Positions 28,129 through 37,282 of a stretch of DNA of 64,000 nucleotides are shown here, piece by piece; position 1 is the stretch's first letter, and every line of letters starts with the position of its first letter. The translations under genes and the position numbers were made by a program. The notes under the pieces are model-generated. The model was not told the DNA's origin. It did no database searches and saw nothing but the letters and a program-made list of their open reading frames with translations. The stretch is from the NCBI GenBank assembly GCA_963753325.1, contig CAVWBS010000001.1:1835945-1899944 (forward strand). Direction: 5' to 3'. Source of the stretch: an uncultured delta proteobacterium. Its GTDB lineage: Bacteria > Desulfobacterota > Binatia > UTPRO1.

Positions 28129-29787
28129 TCACGCCGGCGGAGCCTCGGCCAGCGCCCGCACGCGGGCGAGCGTGTCGACCTCCGCCGGCGGCTTGTCGTC
28201 CCGCACCCGCACGATGCGCGGGAAGCGCAGCGCGTAGCCGGCCCCGTGCCGGCTGGACGGCTGGACGACGTCGAACGTCACCTCGAGCACCACCTCGGGG
28301 CGTACCCGATGGTACCCGCCGGCGCGTTCGAGCGTCAGCGCCTCGAACCGCGGCGTGAGCGCCGCGATCTCGGCATCGGTGAGGCCATTGTACGCCTTGC
28401 CGACGGTCAGCAGCGTCGGGTCCGTCTCGGAGGCGCGCACCGCGAACGTGTAGTCGGAGAGGACGGCGTGGCGACGCCCGTGTCCGCGCTCCGCCGCCAC
28501 CACGACGACGTCGAGCGTCGCCAGCGGACGCTTCAGCTTGATCCACGCGCCGCCGCGCCGGCCGGGCGCGTAGGCGGCGCCGCGATCCTTCGCGACGATG
28601 CCCTCGTTGCCGGCGGCGCGCGCGGCGACGAACGCCGCCTCGACGTCGTCGCCCGTCGAGGCCGGCCGCGTCGGCGCGAGCCGGATCGTCGGCCCCGACC
28701 ACGGCAGCGCCTCGAGCCGGCGGCGGCGCGTCTCGTAGGCCTCGTCGACCACCAGCACGCCGTCGGCCGCGAGCACGTCGTACGCGACGAACGCGACCGG
28801 AACGGCCGCCAGCAGCTCGGCGCTCGGGCGTTTGCGCCCGAGGCGCCGCTGCAGCGCCCGGAACGGCAGCGCGCGCGCGGGTGCGGCGGGATCGTAGGCG
28901 AGCAGCTCCCCGTCGAGGACCATACCCGTCGGCAGCGCGCCGAGCGCGGTCACGACCTCGGGATAGCCGTGCTCGATCGCGTCGAGGGTACGCGAGAAGA
29001 GCACGACCCGGCCGGCGCCGACGTGCGCCTGCGCGCGGATGCCGTCGTACTTGTTCTCCACCGCGAACGGCACCGGCAGTGCCGCCGCGACCTCGGCGGC
29101 GGTCGCGAGCGGCTGCGCCAACATGAAGCCGATCGGATGGAAGAGCGCCAGCGTGGCGGCGGCGAGCGTGCCATGGCGCGCCGCCAGCGCGACCTCGCCG
29201 ATATCCCCGCGCAGCAGGTTGGCACGGCGGATCGCCGCGATCGGCCGTACGAACGCCGCCGCCAGCGCCTCCTCGACCTGGGACTCCTTGAGGCCGATGC
29301 GCAGCTCGCCGCCGAGGAGCTTGGTCAGGTACCGCGCCTCGACGCCGCCGAGCCGCGCCAGCGTCTCGTACAGCAGGGCGAGACGCGCGTTGGTCCCGCG
29401 TGTCGCGGCGAGCGTGCGGCACACGCGCTCGATCTCGACCAACGTCGTTCCGCTCGGCGCGCGGTGGCGCAGCACGGCACCGGCGAGGTCGCCGGTGTCG
29501 CCGAAGGACACGTAGCGCTCCCCGAGGGCGGCCTCGTCCCGGCCGCTCGCCGCGGCGAGCGCCGCGAACGCCAGCGCGCCCCCGACCTTCGTCGTGCCGG
29601 CGTCGTGCCGCGGGAACACCACGCCGGAGAAGAAGCGCGCCGCGATCGCGAGCGACGCGTCGTCGAGCGGCGGGAGATACTCGACCAGCAGCGCACGCTT
29701 CTCGAGCCGGCGCGCGGTGGCGCGGATCGCGTCCGCGACCTCGCTCCAGTGCTGCAGCGTGCCGACGCCCGGCGTCGCGCCGGTCAC
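28129..29787 (-). CDS. ATP-dependent DNA ligase (three-domain LigB/Cdc9-like type)
   Basis: Adenylation motif I ENKYDGIRAQ, an N-terminal DNA-binding-domain-like region (EKRALLVEYL...FFSGVVFP), and a C-terminal OB-like region. The GTG start at 29787 overlaps the upstream gene's stop (GTGA). Confidence 0.85.
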   Translation of the reverse strand: MTGATPGVGTLQHWSEVADAIRATARRLEKRALLVEYLPPLDDASLAIAARFFSGVVFPRHDAGTTKVGGALAFAALAAASGRDEAALGERYVSFGDTGDLAGAVLRHRAPSGTTLVEIERVCRTLAATRGTNARLALLYETLARLGGVEARYLTKLLGGELRIGLKESQVEEALAAAFVRPIAAIRRANLLRGDIGEVALAARHGTLAAATLALFHPIGFMLAQPLATAAEVAAALPVPFAVENKYDGIRAQAHVGAGRVVLFSRTLDAIEHGYPEVVTALGALPTGMVLDGELLAYDPAAPARALPFRALQRRLGRKRPSAELLAAVPVAFVAYDVLAADGVLVVDEAYETRRRRLEALPWSGPTIRLAPTRPASTGDDVEAAFVAARAAGNEGIVAKDRGAAYAPGRRGGAWIKLKRPLATLDVVVVAAERGHGRRHAVLSDYTFAVRASETDPTLLTVGKAYNGLTDAEIAALTPRFEALTLERAGGYHRVRPEVVLEVTFDVVQPSSRHGAGYALRFPRIVRVRDDKPPAEVDTLARVRALAEAPPA

Positions 29788-30923
29788 GACCCGTCGCGCA
29801 GGTAGCCCTGCACCGTCGTCCGCGCGAAGCGCTCCGCGTCGGCACGATCGAGCGGCGTCCCCGCCGCGAGCCGGTCGGCATACTGGAAGAGCGGCACGAA
29901 GAGCTCGCCGCGATCGGGCGCCGCGCGCAGGGTGAACCGCCGGTGCCGCGCGATGACGTCTTCCCAGGCGCGGCGGACATCCTCCCAGAACGGCTCGGTA
30001 CGCTCCCGGTAGTGCCGCGCCGCGGAGTCGTCGAAGTTCCTGACGCGCTCGTAGCGGGCGAGCCCGTATTCCTTGGCCAGGACCGGCGCGTCGCCGGCCG
30101 GCACCCCGCGCCCGTCCAGCACGACCTTGAGGTTCTCCTCCTCCTGCACCCACCCGGTCGGCGTGATGGTCACCCGATTGGTGCCGATGAGGACGTCGTA
30201 GTCGTGGCGCACGGAGTACTCGCGGCGCGGCAACGGCCGCCACGTCCGCTCGCTCAGCCACGTCGAGACGTTGCCGAAATGCTCCCAACGGCCGGCCGCT
30301 TCGTAGCGCGGCGAGTCGTCGACCTGGAAGACGGCCTGTGTCCACGTCCCCTTGGCACGCGCCGCGGAACGGCGCTCCGTCGCCCACGTCTCATGACCGC
30401 GGTATGTCAGCACGCTGCGATCCTCGTAGCGCCACTCCTGCCGCCAGTGCTTGGTGACGAACGGTCCCTCGACGCGTCCGTCGGGCTGCTCGATGAACAT
30501 CACCAGCAGGTGCTGCAGGCTGATGCGGGTCGGCTCGTCCCGTACGACGTAGACGTACTCGGTTCCCCACGATTGGTACGGACGGTCGTGGACGAAATCG
30601 GGGCGGAAGCCCATGACCTCGAGGAAGTCGAAGGTGACGCGATACGTTCCCGCCATCGCGAGAATGGCGGCGCGGTCGTGCGCCAGCGCCGACCCGGCCG
30701 GATCGCGCAGACGCCGCCAGGCGTCGCTCGGCGTCGGGTCGAGCTCGACGGCCGGCCCGTGCGTCGTCCCACCGCGTGGCACGACCGGGTCGCGCCAGGC
30801 GAAGGTATAGCAGCGCGGTGCACCATCGGGCCGCACCGCGCCGGGCGTGCGCGTCCGCACGCAGCCGGCGGCGAGCACGAGCGCCGCGATCAGGTGAAGC
30901 GCTCGTCGGTCCACGAGGCGCAC
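29784..30923 (-). CDS. Uncharacterised lipoprotein
   Basis: GTG 30923 (or 30914) gives MRLVDRRALHLIAALVLAAGC (lipobox LAAGC), followed by a Trp/Arg/Tyr-rich globular sequence (HWRQEWRYEDR...). No family was recognised with confidence. Confidence 0.6.
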   Translation of the reverse strand: MRLVDRRALHLIAALVLAAGCVRTRTPGAVRPDGAPRCYTFAWRDPVVPRGGTTHGPAVELDPTPSDAWRRLRDPAGSALAHDRAAILAMAGTYRVTFDFLEVMGFRPDFVHDRPYQSWGTEYVYVVRDEPTRISLQHLLVMFIEQPDGRVEGPFVTKHWRQEWRYEDRSVLTYRGHETWATERRSAARAKGTWTQAVFQVDDSPRYEAAGRWEHFGNVSTWLSERTWRPLPRREYSVRHDYDVLIGTNRVTITPTGWVQEEENLKVVLDGRGVPAGDAPVLAKEYGLARYERVRNFDDSAARHYRERTEPFWEDVRRAWEDVIARHRRFTLRAAPDRGELFVPLFQYADRLAAGTPLDRADAERFARTTVQGYLRDGS

Positions 30924-30979
30924 GGCCGCATGCTGCCGGTCCGACACCCCGAGCGCAAGAACGGTGGCGCGACCGCGGG

Positions 30980-31333
30980 TTACGAGCGGGGCGGCGTGTC
31001 CCGACCGGTGAGGTAGTCGCCCAGCATGCCGCGCGTGTGCTCCGCCTCGTGGCAGTAGGCGCAGAGGTTCTCCCAGTTGCTGCCGTCGGGCGGATTGTGC
31101 TCGTGGTTGCCGTCGCGATGATGCACCGTCAACAGGTGCAGCGTGTCGGCATCGAACTCGCGCGCGCAGCGCGCGCAGATCCACCCGTGCAGCGCGAGGG
31201 AGCGCTCGCGGTAGCCGTGCGCGCGCGCGGCGCGCGCCGACTTCGCCTCGCGCACCAGCTCCTCCATCGAGGGCTTCGCGCCGGCGCCGCCCTTGGCCGG
31301 TCGCCGGGACGGACGGAAGCTGCGCGTCGCCAC
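30980..31333 (-). CDS. yajD: YajD-family HNH endonuclease
   Basis: 117 aa with HGWICARCAREF..LTVHHRDGNHEHNPPDGSNWENLCAYCHEAEH, which closely parallels E. coli YajD (PWVCGRCSREF..LTVHHIDHDHTNNPEDGSNWELLCLYCHDHEH). Confidence 0.8.
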   Translation of the reverse strand: MATRSFRPSRRPAKGGAGAKPSMEELVREAKSARAARAHGYRERSLALHGWICARCAREFDADTLHLLTVHHRDGNHEHNPPDGSNWENLCAYCHEAEHTRGMLGDYLTGRDTPPRS

Positions 31334-31340
31334 CCGGACC

Positions 31341-32153
31341 CTACAGCCGCAGCACGGCCGGCAGCTCGTCCGGGGCGAAGCGCACGCCCACGTAGAACGA
31401 TCCGAACAAGCCGTAGAGCGCGCTCGCCGCGTCGAAGCGCATCTCGTAGACCACGTCGCGGATCGCCTTCAGGTCGGCGGCGAACAACGTCACGCCCCAC
31501 TCCCAATCGTCGAGGCCGGTCGCACTGGTGATGAGCTGGGTGATGCGGCTCGCGTAGCGACGGCCCGAATCGCCGTGGCCCTGCATCAGCTTCTTCCGTT
31601 CCTCGAACGGGAGCGCGTACCAGTTCCGTCCGGCGTCGCGCGCCTTCGCCATCGGATAGAAGCACACGATCGGGAAGTTGTCCGGGAGACGGGGGTGCAT
31701 CCGCGCCTCGAGATAGTGCGCGATCCGCTTGCGGAACGCCTCCATCCGCGTGGCGAAATCGGGCGACGTCGGATCGATCTTCTGCTCCTCGATCAAGGCA
31801 CGCGACCAGTCGGCCTCGCTGGTGACGTACTCGCTCGCCTCCGAGATCGAAAGGAAGGTATAGATCGGCTCGAGGCACGCCCCGAGCGCCGTCGCGGCGA
31901 TCTCCTGACCGAGCTGCTGATGGCGGCGCAGATCGGGGTGGACCACCATCAGGCCCACGTCGCCCTTGCCGATCATCGCCAGCGGCACGAGCTGCATGCC
32001 CTCCTCGCCGAGCGCGCCGCTCAGGACACCGCGGAACCGCTCGACGGCCGCCGCACGCTCCTCGGCCGCGAGCACCCCCCAGCGTGCGCGATCGATGCGG
32101 TAGAACCAGTGCGACACCGGCCAGCCGGCCGAAGGGATGAGCGCGTCGGGCAT
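31341..32153 (-). CDS. Chlorite dismutase family protein (Cld/HemQ/ChdC-like)
   Basis: 270 aa from ATG 32153 (MPDALIPSAGW...). Cld-family features include WYALPFEERKKLMQGHG and the C-terminal region DDWEWGVTLFA. Only the C-terminal third of the 709-aa track ORF looks coding. Confidence 0.75.
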   Translation of the reverse strand: MPDALIPSAGWPVSHWFYRIDRARWGVLAAEERAAAVERFRGVLSGALGEEGMQLVPLAMIGKGDVGLMVVHPDLRRHQQLGQEIAATALGACLEPIYTFLSISEASEYVTSEADWSRALIEEQKIDPTSPDFATRMEAFRKRIAHYLEARMHPRLPDNFPIVCFYPMAKARDAGRNWYALPFEERKKLMQGHGDSGRRYASRITQLITSATGLDDWEWGVTLFAADLKAIRDVVYEMRFDAASALYGLFGSFYVGVRFAPDELPAVLRL

Positions 32154-32221
32154 GAGCGGGATTGTAGGAAGCGCCCGGGGGGCCGTCAATTGACCATGTC
32201 CCCGCGCGGCTTCGCCTGCCG

Positions 32222-32698
32222 TCAACGCATGACGGCGCCGGCGACGGCGAGGAAGAGGAGGGCCAGCACGGTGGTATTGAGCATGCTCGAGACCGCGTGC
32301 AGTCGCAGGTAGCGTTCGTCGTCGCGGCTCGGAATGGCGCGAAGACGCGGCAGGAGCACGTACTGCGACGCCAGGCTGCAGAGGAGTCCCCCCGCGACCG
32401 GCAAGGCCAGGCGCAACGCCTCCGCGACCGGCAGGCCGCCCGAGCGCGCGGCGGAGACCGCGGCCAGCGCGACGAAGCCGCAGCCGATGCCGGCGAAGTA
32501 GTAGCGTGGAAAGAGGCGCCGCAGGAGGCGGGTGGCGTCGCCGGGAGCGCTGGTGCGGTGGATGGCGGGAAGGACGACGTACGAGAAGCAGACGATCGTT
32601 CCCAGCCAGATCGCGACCGCGATCACGAACACCAGACGCAGCACGATCGCTGTTCTTCGCACGAGCGTCGCGCCCACCGCAACCACCACCGCAACCAT
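32222..32698 (-). CDS. DUF4149-like integral membrane protein
   Basis: 158 aa with four hydrophobic segments. The sequence AIWLGTIVCFSYVVLPAI...LFPRYYFAGI resembles the TMEM205/DUF4149 family. Confidence 0.55.
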   Translation of the reverse strand: MVAVVVAVGATLVRRTAIVLRLVFVIAVAIWLGTIVCFSYVVLPAIHRTSAPGDATRLLRRLFPRYYFAGIGCGFVALAAVSAARSGGLPVAEALRLALPVAGGLLCSLASQYVLLPRLRAIPSRDDERYLRLHAVSSMLNTTVLALLFLAVAGAVMR

Positions 32699-32783
32699 CG
32701 GTTGTGGGCGGATGCTCGCGGCTGCTAGTGTCTGGGTTCTGAAGTCCGTTGCCTAAGGTCACGAGGGATTTTCGGCGCCAGCC

Positions 32784-33653
32784 ATGGACCCGAGCCCGTT
32801 CTTCGCGCAGCACGAGGTGCACGTCGGCAAGGACCTCGGCGGCCGCGCGGCGGTGGTCGACGACGCGACGATCGCACGCTACGAGGCCGGCACCGGCGCC
32901 GCCGCGGCCCGGTTCGCGCTCGACGGCACGCGCGTCGCGCCCGCGACGCTGTTCCACTCCGAAGTCTACCGCAGCCTCGCATGGTACCTGCCGAACGTCT
33001 TCGGCAATCTGCATGCGCGCCAGGAATGGGAGTTCTACGCGCCGCTGATCGTCGGCACCACCGTGCGCACCCGCTCGACGGTCGTCGAGCGCTACGTCAA
33101 GCGCGATCGTGACTACGTGGTGAACGAGGTGCTGATCACCGACGAGCAGGGCCGCTGGCTGCAACGCAGCCGCACACACCAGAGCTTCCTCGCGGCCGAG
33201 CGCCACGGTACGCTCGTCGTCGACCGCGAGCGCGAGAGGCGGCCGGACCGGCGCTTCACGATCGGCGAAGGCCCCGGCGAGGAGATCCCGCCGCTCGAGC
33301 GCGTCATCACGCGCGCGATGTGCGTCGCCTTCTCGGGCCCGGAAAAGAACTACCACACCGACGAGGGCATGGCGCGCGCGCTCGGGTTCCCCGACATCGT
33401 CGTGCAGGGCATGCTCTCCGTGTGCTTCGTCGCCGACCTCATGGCGCACGCCTTCGGCCTCGGTTGGCACCTCGCGGGCAAACTCGACGTCCGGCTCGTG
33501 AACGTCGTCTGGCCGCGCGACGCGATCGTGGTGCGTGGCAAGGTGCGCGAGGAGCTTCCCGAAGGCAGTCGTCGCCGTGCGCTGCTCGATGTCTGGTGCG
33601 AGAAACCGGACGGCACGAAGACCGTCGTCGGAACCGCCAGCGCGCTGCGCTGA
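32784..33653 (+). CDS. MaoC-like (R)-hydratase, double hot-dog fold
   Basis: 289 aa. The C-terminal half carries the hydratase-type NYHTDEGMARALGFPDIVVQGM, and the N-terminal half is a degenerate hot-dog. Confidence 0.75.
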   Translation: MDPSPFFAQHEVHVGKDLGGRAAVVDDATIARYEAGTGAAAARFALDGTRVAPATLFHSEVYRSLAWYLPNVFGNLHARQEWEFYAPLIVGTTVRTRSTVVERYVKRDRDYVVNEVLITDEQGRWLQRSRTHQSFLAAERHGTLVVDRERERRPDRRFTIGEGPGEEIPPLERVITRAMCVAFSGPEKNYHTDEGMARALGFPDIVVQGMLSVCFVADLMAHAFGLGWHLAGKLDVRLVNVVWPRDAIVVRGKVREELPEGSRRRALLDVWCEKPDGTKTVVGTASALR

Positions 33654-33706
33654 TCGGCCGCGTTTTCCCTCTTCCGCGGCCTCGCCGCGGCGCGCACCAT
33701 GAGAGC

Positions 33707-34813
33707 GTGCGGCTCCGCGGACTGCTGACGCTCGCAGCGCTCGCCGCGGCGCTCGCGGCCCCGCTGCCGGCCGCCGCGTCGTCGCGGACCCTGGTCGCCC
33801 GCGCCGCGGCCGACGCCACGTTGCTGCCGCCCGTGGTGGCGATGCGCCTGCGCGACGCCGCCGGCCGCCCGCTCGCGCCGAGCGGCGACGAGGCGGCGGA
33901 TTTCCTCGGCGACCTGCCGGTGCTCGCCATCCTCGATACCGGCGCCAGCGCCCACCTGCTCTCGCACGACACCGCCGCGCGCTACGGCGTCCGCGCCGAG
34001 CCCGGCGCGCGCTGGACCGAGACCGGCATGACCGGCGACCACGCTCTCGCCGTCTCGGCGCCCTACGCCCTGGCGCTCGACGTCGGCGGCGACGGCACGA
34101 CGAGCGGACGCGGCGCCGCGTCCGCCCCGATCGTCCTACCGGCGCAGCGGCTGCTCGTGAACGATGTCGCGACGACTCCGGAGACCATGCTCGCGAATCC
34201 CGGCGCCGTCGTCGACGTCGTCGGCATGCCCGCGCTCGAGCACGTCATCGCCGACATCCGCCCCGCCGGCGGCGGGCTCGCGCCGGCCGCGGTCGTCCTC
34301 CTCGCGCCGGGCGACGACCCGCACGTGGACTGCTGGCTGCCGCTCGCGCTGGTCGATTTCAGCCGCCGCCACGACCCGCGGAATCGCGGCGCCCCGCCGA
34401 CCCTGGCGTCGAATCCGATGCTGCGCGGTGTGCGCGTCGAGCACGATGGGCGCAGCGCGCGCGGCGACTGGTTGCTCGATACCGGCTCGGCCATCACGAT
34501 CCTCTCCGCGCAGACGGCCCGCGCGCTCGGCCTCGCCGAGCCGGCGCCACTCTCGGCGCCCGTCGGCGGCATCTCCGGCGGGCAGCAGGCCATGCCCGGA
34601 TGGCATGTCGACCGCATCGAGATCCCGACCAGCGACGGCGGCGTCCTCGCCCTGACCGATGCTGCCGTGTTCATGCACGACGTCACGACAACCACTGACG
34701 ACGGCGCGCACATCACCCTCGACGGGATCCTCGGCGCCAACCAGCTCGAGGCGTTCTCCCGCGTCGTGATCGACGTGCCGCACGCCCGCCTGGGCGTCGA
34801 CCTGCGGCCGTAG
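33707..34813 (+). CDS. Secreted bilobed retropepsin-like aspartic protease
   Basis: GTG 33707 gives signal peptide MRLRGLLTLAALAAALAAPLPAAAS. There are two catalytic-type motifs, LAILDTGASAHLL and WLLDTGSAITILS, about 190 residues apart. Confidence 0.65.
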   Translation: MRLRGLLTLAALAAALAAPLPAAASSRTLVARAAADATLLPPVVAMRLRDAAGRPLAPSGDEAADFLGDLPVLAILDTGASAHLLSHDTAARYGVRAEPGARWTETGMTGDHALAVSAPYALALDVGGDGTTSGRGAASAPIVLPAQRLLVNDVATTPETMLANPGAVVDVVGMPALEHVIADIRPAGGGLAPAAVVLLAPGDDPHVDCWLPLALVDFSRRHDPRNRGAPPTLASNPMLRGVRVEHDGRSARGDWLLDTGSAITILSAQTARALGLAEPAPLSAPVGGISGGQQAMPGWHVDRIEIPTSDGGVLALTDAAVFMHDVTTTTDDGAHITLDGILGANQLEAFSRVVIDVPHARLGVDLRP

Positions 34814-34822
34814 CGACGGCCG

Positions 34823-35593
34823 TCAGAATACGCGGTAGGCGCCGTCGATGACGATCGTGTCGCCGCTGTGGTAGGCGCTCGCGTCGCTCGCGAGATAGAC
34901 GGCGATGCCGCCGAAGTCGCCGCGCTCGCCCCAACGGCGCATCGGTACGCGCGGCAGAATCTTTCGCCGCACGACGTCGCTGTCGAGCGAACGCTCGGTC
35001 ATCGCGGTATCGATCCATCCCGGCAGGATGGCGTTGGCGCGGATGCCGTGCCGGGCGAGCTCGACGGCGAGGCCGCGCATCATGGCGATGACGCCGCCCT
35101 TGGTGGCGGCGTAGTGCTCGCCGCGCGCGATGCCCTCGACCCCGGCGAGGCTGCTGGTCACCACCAGCGCGCCGCCGCCGCCGCGTGCGATCATGTGCCG
35201 CGCCGCCGCCCGCAAGGTGAAGAACACCCCGTCGAGGTTGACGCGCAGCACGCGCCGCCACTCCTCCGTCGACATGTCGACGAACGACGGCGCCGCGCCG
35301 CCCACGCCGGCGTTGGCGAAACAGGCATCGACCCGCCCGAAGGCCGCGAGGGTCTCCGCGAAGGCGCGCTCGACCGCTCCCTCGTCACCGACGTCGCAGC
35401 GCAGCGCCCGGACGCGCGCGCCGCGGCGCTCGAGGGCCTCGGCGGCTGCGCGATTCTTGCCGTCGTTCGTCCCCCAGATGCAGACGGCCGCACCGGCGTC
35501 CGCGAGCGCCTCGGCCATGCCGAGGCCGATCCCGCTGTTCCCACCCGTGATCAGGGCGACCTTGCCGGTCAGATCCAGCGCCGCGTAGGCCAT
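34823..35593 (-). CDS. SDR family oxidoreductase (FabG-like)
   Basis: 256 aa with TGGNSGIGLG, NAG, and a catalytic YAATKGG. Confidence 0.9.
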   Translation of the reverse strand: MAYAALDLTGKVALITGGNSGIGLGMAEALADAGAAVCIWGTNDGKNRAAAEALERRGARVRALRCDVGDEGAVERAFAETLAAFGRVDACFANAGVGGAAPSFVDMSTEEWRRVLRVNLDGVFFTLRAAARHMIARGGGGALVVTSSLAGVEGIARGEHYAATKGGVIAMMRGLAVELARHGIRANAILPGWIDTAMTERSLDSDVVRRKILPRVPMRRWGERGDFGGIAVYLASDASAYHSGDTIVIDGAYRVF

Positions 35594-35672
35594 GGCGTCC
35601 CTCGCCTCTCGTCACGACCGGCCGCGGCCGGCCGGCGGCGGGACGCCGCGCGTCCCACCGCCGCTCACGATC

Positions 35673-36854
35673 CTACCAGCAGGCCTCGAAGAGCCCCGCC
35701 ATGCCCATGCCGCCGCCGACGCACATCGTGACCAGGCCGTAGCGTTGCTTCCGCCGGCGCAGCTCGTTCAGGAGCTGCCCGACCATCCGCGAGCCGGTCA
35801 TGCCGTAGGGGTGGCCGATCGAGATCGAGCCGCCGAGGGGGTTGAGCTTCTCGTCCGGAATCCCGAGCTGGCGCTGGCAGTACAGCAGCTGCGAGGCGAA
35901 GGCCTCGTTGAGCTCGACGATGTCGATGTCCTTCATCGTCAAGCCGTGGCGCTTCAACAGCTTCGGAACCGCGAAGACCGGCCCGATCCCCATCTCCTCG
36001 GGCCGGCAGCCGGCGACCGCCACGCCGCGGAAGATCCCGAGCGGCTCGATGCCGAGCTCCTTGGCGCGCTCGCGCGACATCAGCACGGTGGCGGAGGCGC
36101 CGTCCGACAGTTGCGACGCGTTGCCGGCGGTCACCGTGCCGTCCTCCTTGAAGGAAGGCTTCAGCTTCTGCAGCCCCGCTAGCGTGGTGTCGGGACGGTT
36201 GCACTCGTCGTGCGTGATCTCGACCTCCTCGAAGCGGAGATTGCCCGACTCGTCCTTCACCGCCTTCTTCACCCTCATCGGGATGATCTCGGGGAAATTG
36301 CCCTCGCGCTGCGCCGCCGCGGTCCGCTGCTGGCTCAGCAGCGAATAGTTGTCCTGGTCCTGGCGCGAGATCTTGTAGCGCTCGGCGACGATCTCCGCGG
36401 TCTGCCCCATGCCCATGTAGAGACCGGGCCAGAGCTCCTGCACGGGCGAGTTCACCAGGTTGTTCATGTTCTGCTGCCCCTGCACCATCGAGATCGACTC
36501 GGTACCCGCGCCGATGGCGGCGTTCGCGCCCTCGTTGATGATCTGGTGCGCCGCCATGCCGATCGCCTGCAGCCCGGACGAGCAGAAGCGGTTCACGGTG
36601 GTCGCCGCGATGGTCTCGGGGAGGCCCGCCGCCAGCGTGGCGACGCGCGCGACGTTCATGCCGGAGGGGCCCTCGGGAAGGCCGCAGCCGCAGATGACGT
36701 CCTCGATCTCCGTCACGGCGAGCTTCGGCACCTGGGCCAAGGCGCCCTTGATCGCCGTCGCCGCCATGTCATCCGGCCGCGTAGCGTTCAGACTACCACG
36801 AAACGACTTCCCGAGCGGCGTACGAGCGCTCGCAACGATGACGGCTTCACGCAT
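35673..36854 (-). CDS. Acetyl-CoA C-acyltransferase (thiolase)
   Basis: 393 aa with active-site NRFCSSGLQA, NEAFA, GHPYGMTG, and C-terminal CVGGGMG. Confidence 0.9.
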   Translation of the reverse strand: MREAVIVASARTPLGKSFRGSLNATRPDDMAATAIKGALAQVPKLAVTEIEDVICGCGLPEGPSGMNVARVATLAAGLPETIAATTVNRFCSSGLQAIGMAAHQIINEGANAAIGAGTESISMVQGQQNMNNLVNSPVQELWPGLYMGMGQTAEIVAERYKISRQDQDNYSLLSQQRTAAAQREGNFPEIIPMRVKKAVKDESGNLRFEEVEITHDECNRPDTTLAGLQKLKPSFKEDGTVTAGNASQLSDGASATVLMSRERAKELGIEPLGIFRGVAVAGCRPEEMGIGPVFAVPKLLKRHGLTMKDIDIVELNEAFASQLLYCQRQLGIPDEKLNPLGGSISIGHPYGMTGSRMVGQLLNELRRRKQRYGLVTMCVGGGMGMAGLFEACW

Positions 36855-36996
36855 GGATTCGTCTCCTTTTCGGTGCGGTGAGCGGGGCGTCCAGAGCTTA
36901 CGGGAGCCACGTTTCTACAGGAAGCGGGTCCGTCTTGCACGTCCCCGGCGCGTACGGGCCACCCAGTCTGCTCGACGGGAGGACCATAGGGAGGGC

Positions 36997-37090
36997 GGCC
37001 GGCGTGCGGGGGTCCGGGCCCGCACCCGACGTGCGCAAGAGGGGTACGATGCGCACCACGGGTGCAGGCCCGGACCCCCGCACGCCGGCC
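36997..37090. repeat. REP-like extragenic palindrome, copy 1 (long composite hairpin)
   Basis: A perfect 24-nt inverted repeat GGCCGGCGTGCGGGGGTCCGGGCC / GGCCCGGACCCCCGCACGCCGGCC encloses a 46-nt core (37021-37066). The core is itself a hairpin: GCACCCG..TGCGCA, 12-nt loop, TGCGCA..CGGGTGC. Confidence 0.75.
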
Positions 37091-37190
37091 GCCACCATTT
37101 GGGCCTCGCTTCGCGGCGGCCGTGCGCACGACGCGCGCGCGAACCACAGCGAAGCGTGATCCCAGGATGATGCGGCGGCGGGGGGGGGGC

Positions 37191-37248
37191 GCCGTCTGCA
37201 CCCGTGGTGCGCATCGTACCCCTCCTGCGCACGTCGGGTGCAGACGGC
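37191..37248. repeat. REP-like extragenic palindrome, copy 2 (inverted orientation)
   Basis: The core TGCACCCGTGGTGCGCATCGTACCCCTCCTGCGCACGTCGGGTGCA is the reverse complement of the copy-1 core apart from about 2 substitutions. It is flanked by a different stem extension, GCCGTC/GACGGC. Confidence 0.75.
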
Positions 37249-37282
37249 GACCCCCACCCGCCGCCTCCTTGTCCGGATCGCC

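Noticed and set aside
37180-37189. A G10 homopolymer as a phase-variation switch.
   Set aside because: It lies in the intergenic spacer with no ORF or recognisable promoter elements spanning it. Homopolymer length is also the least reliable feature in an indel-prone assembly.
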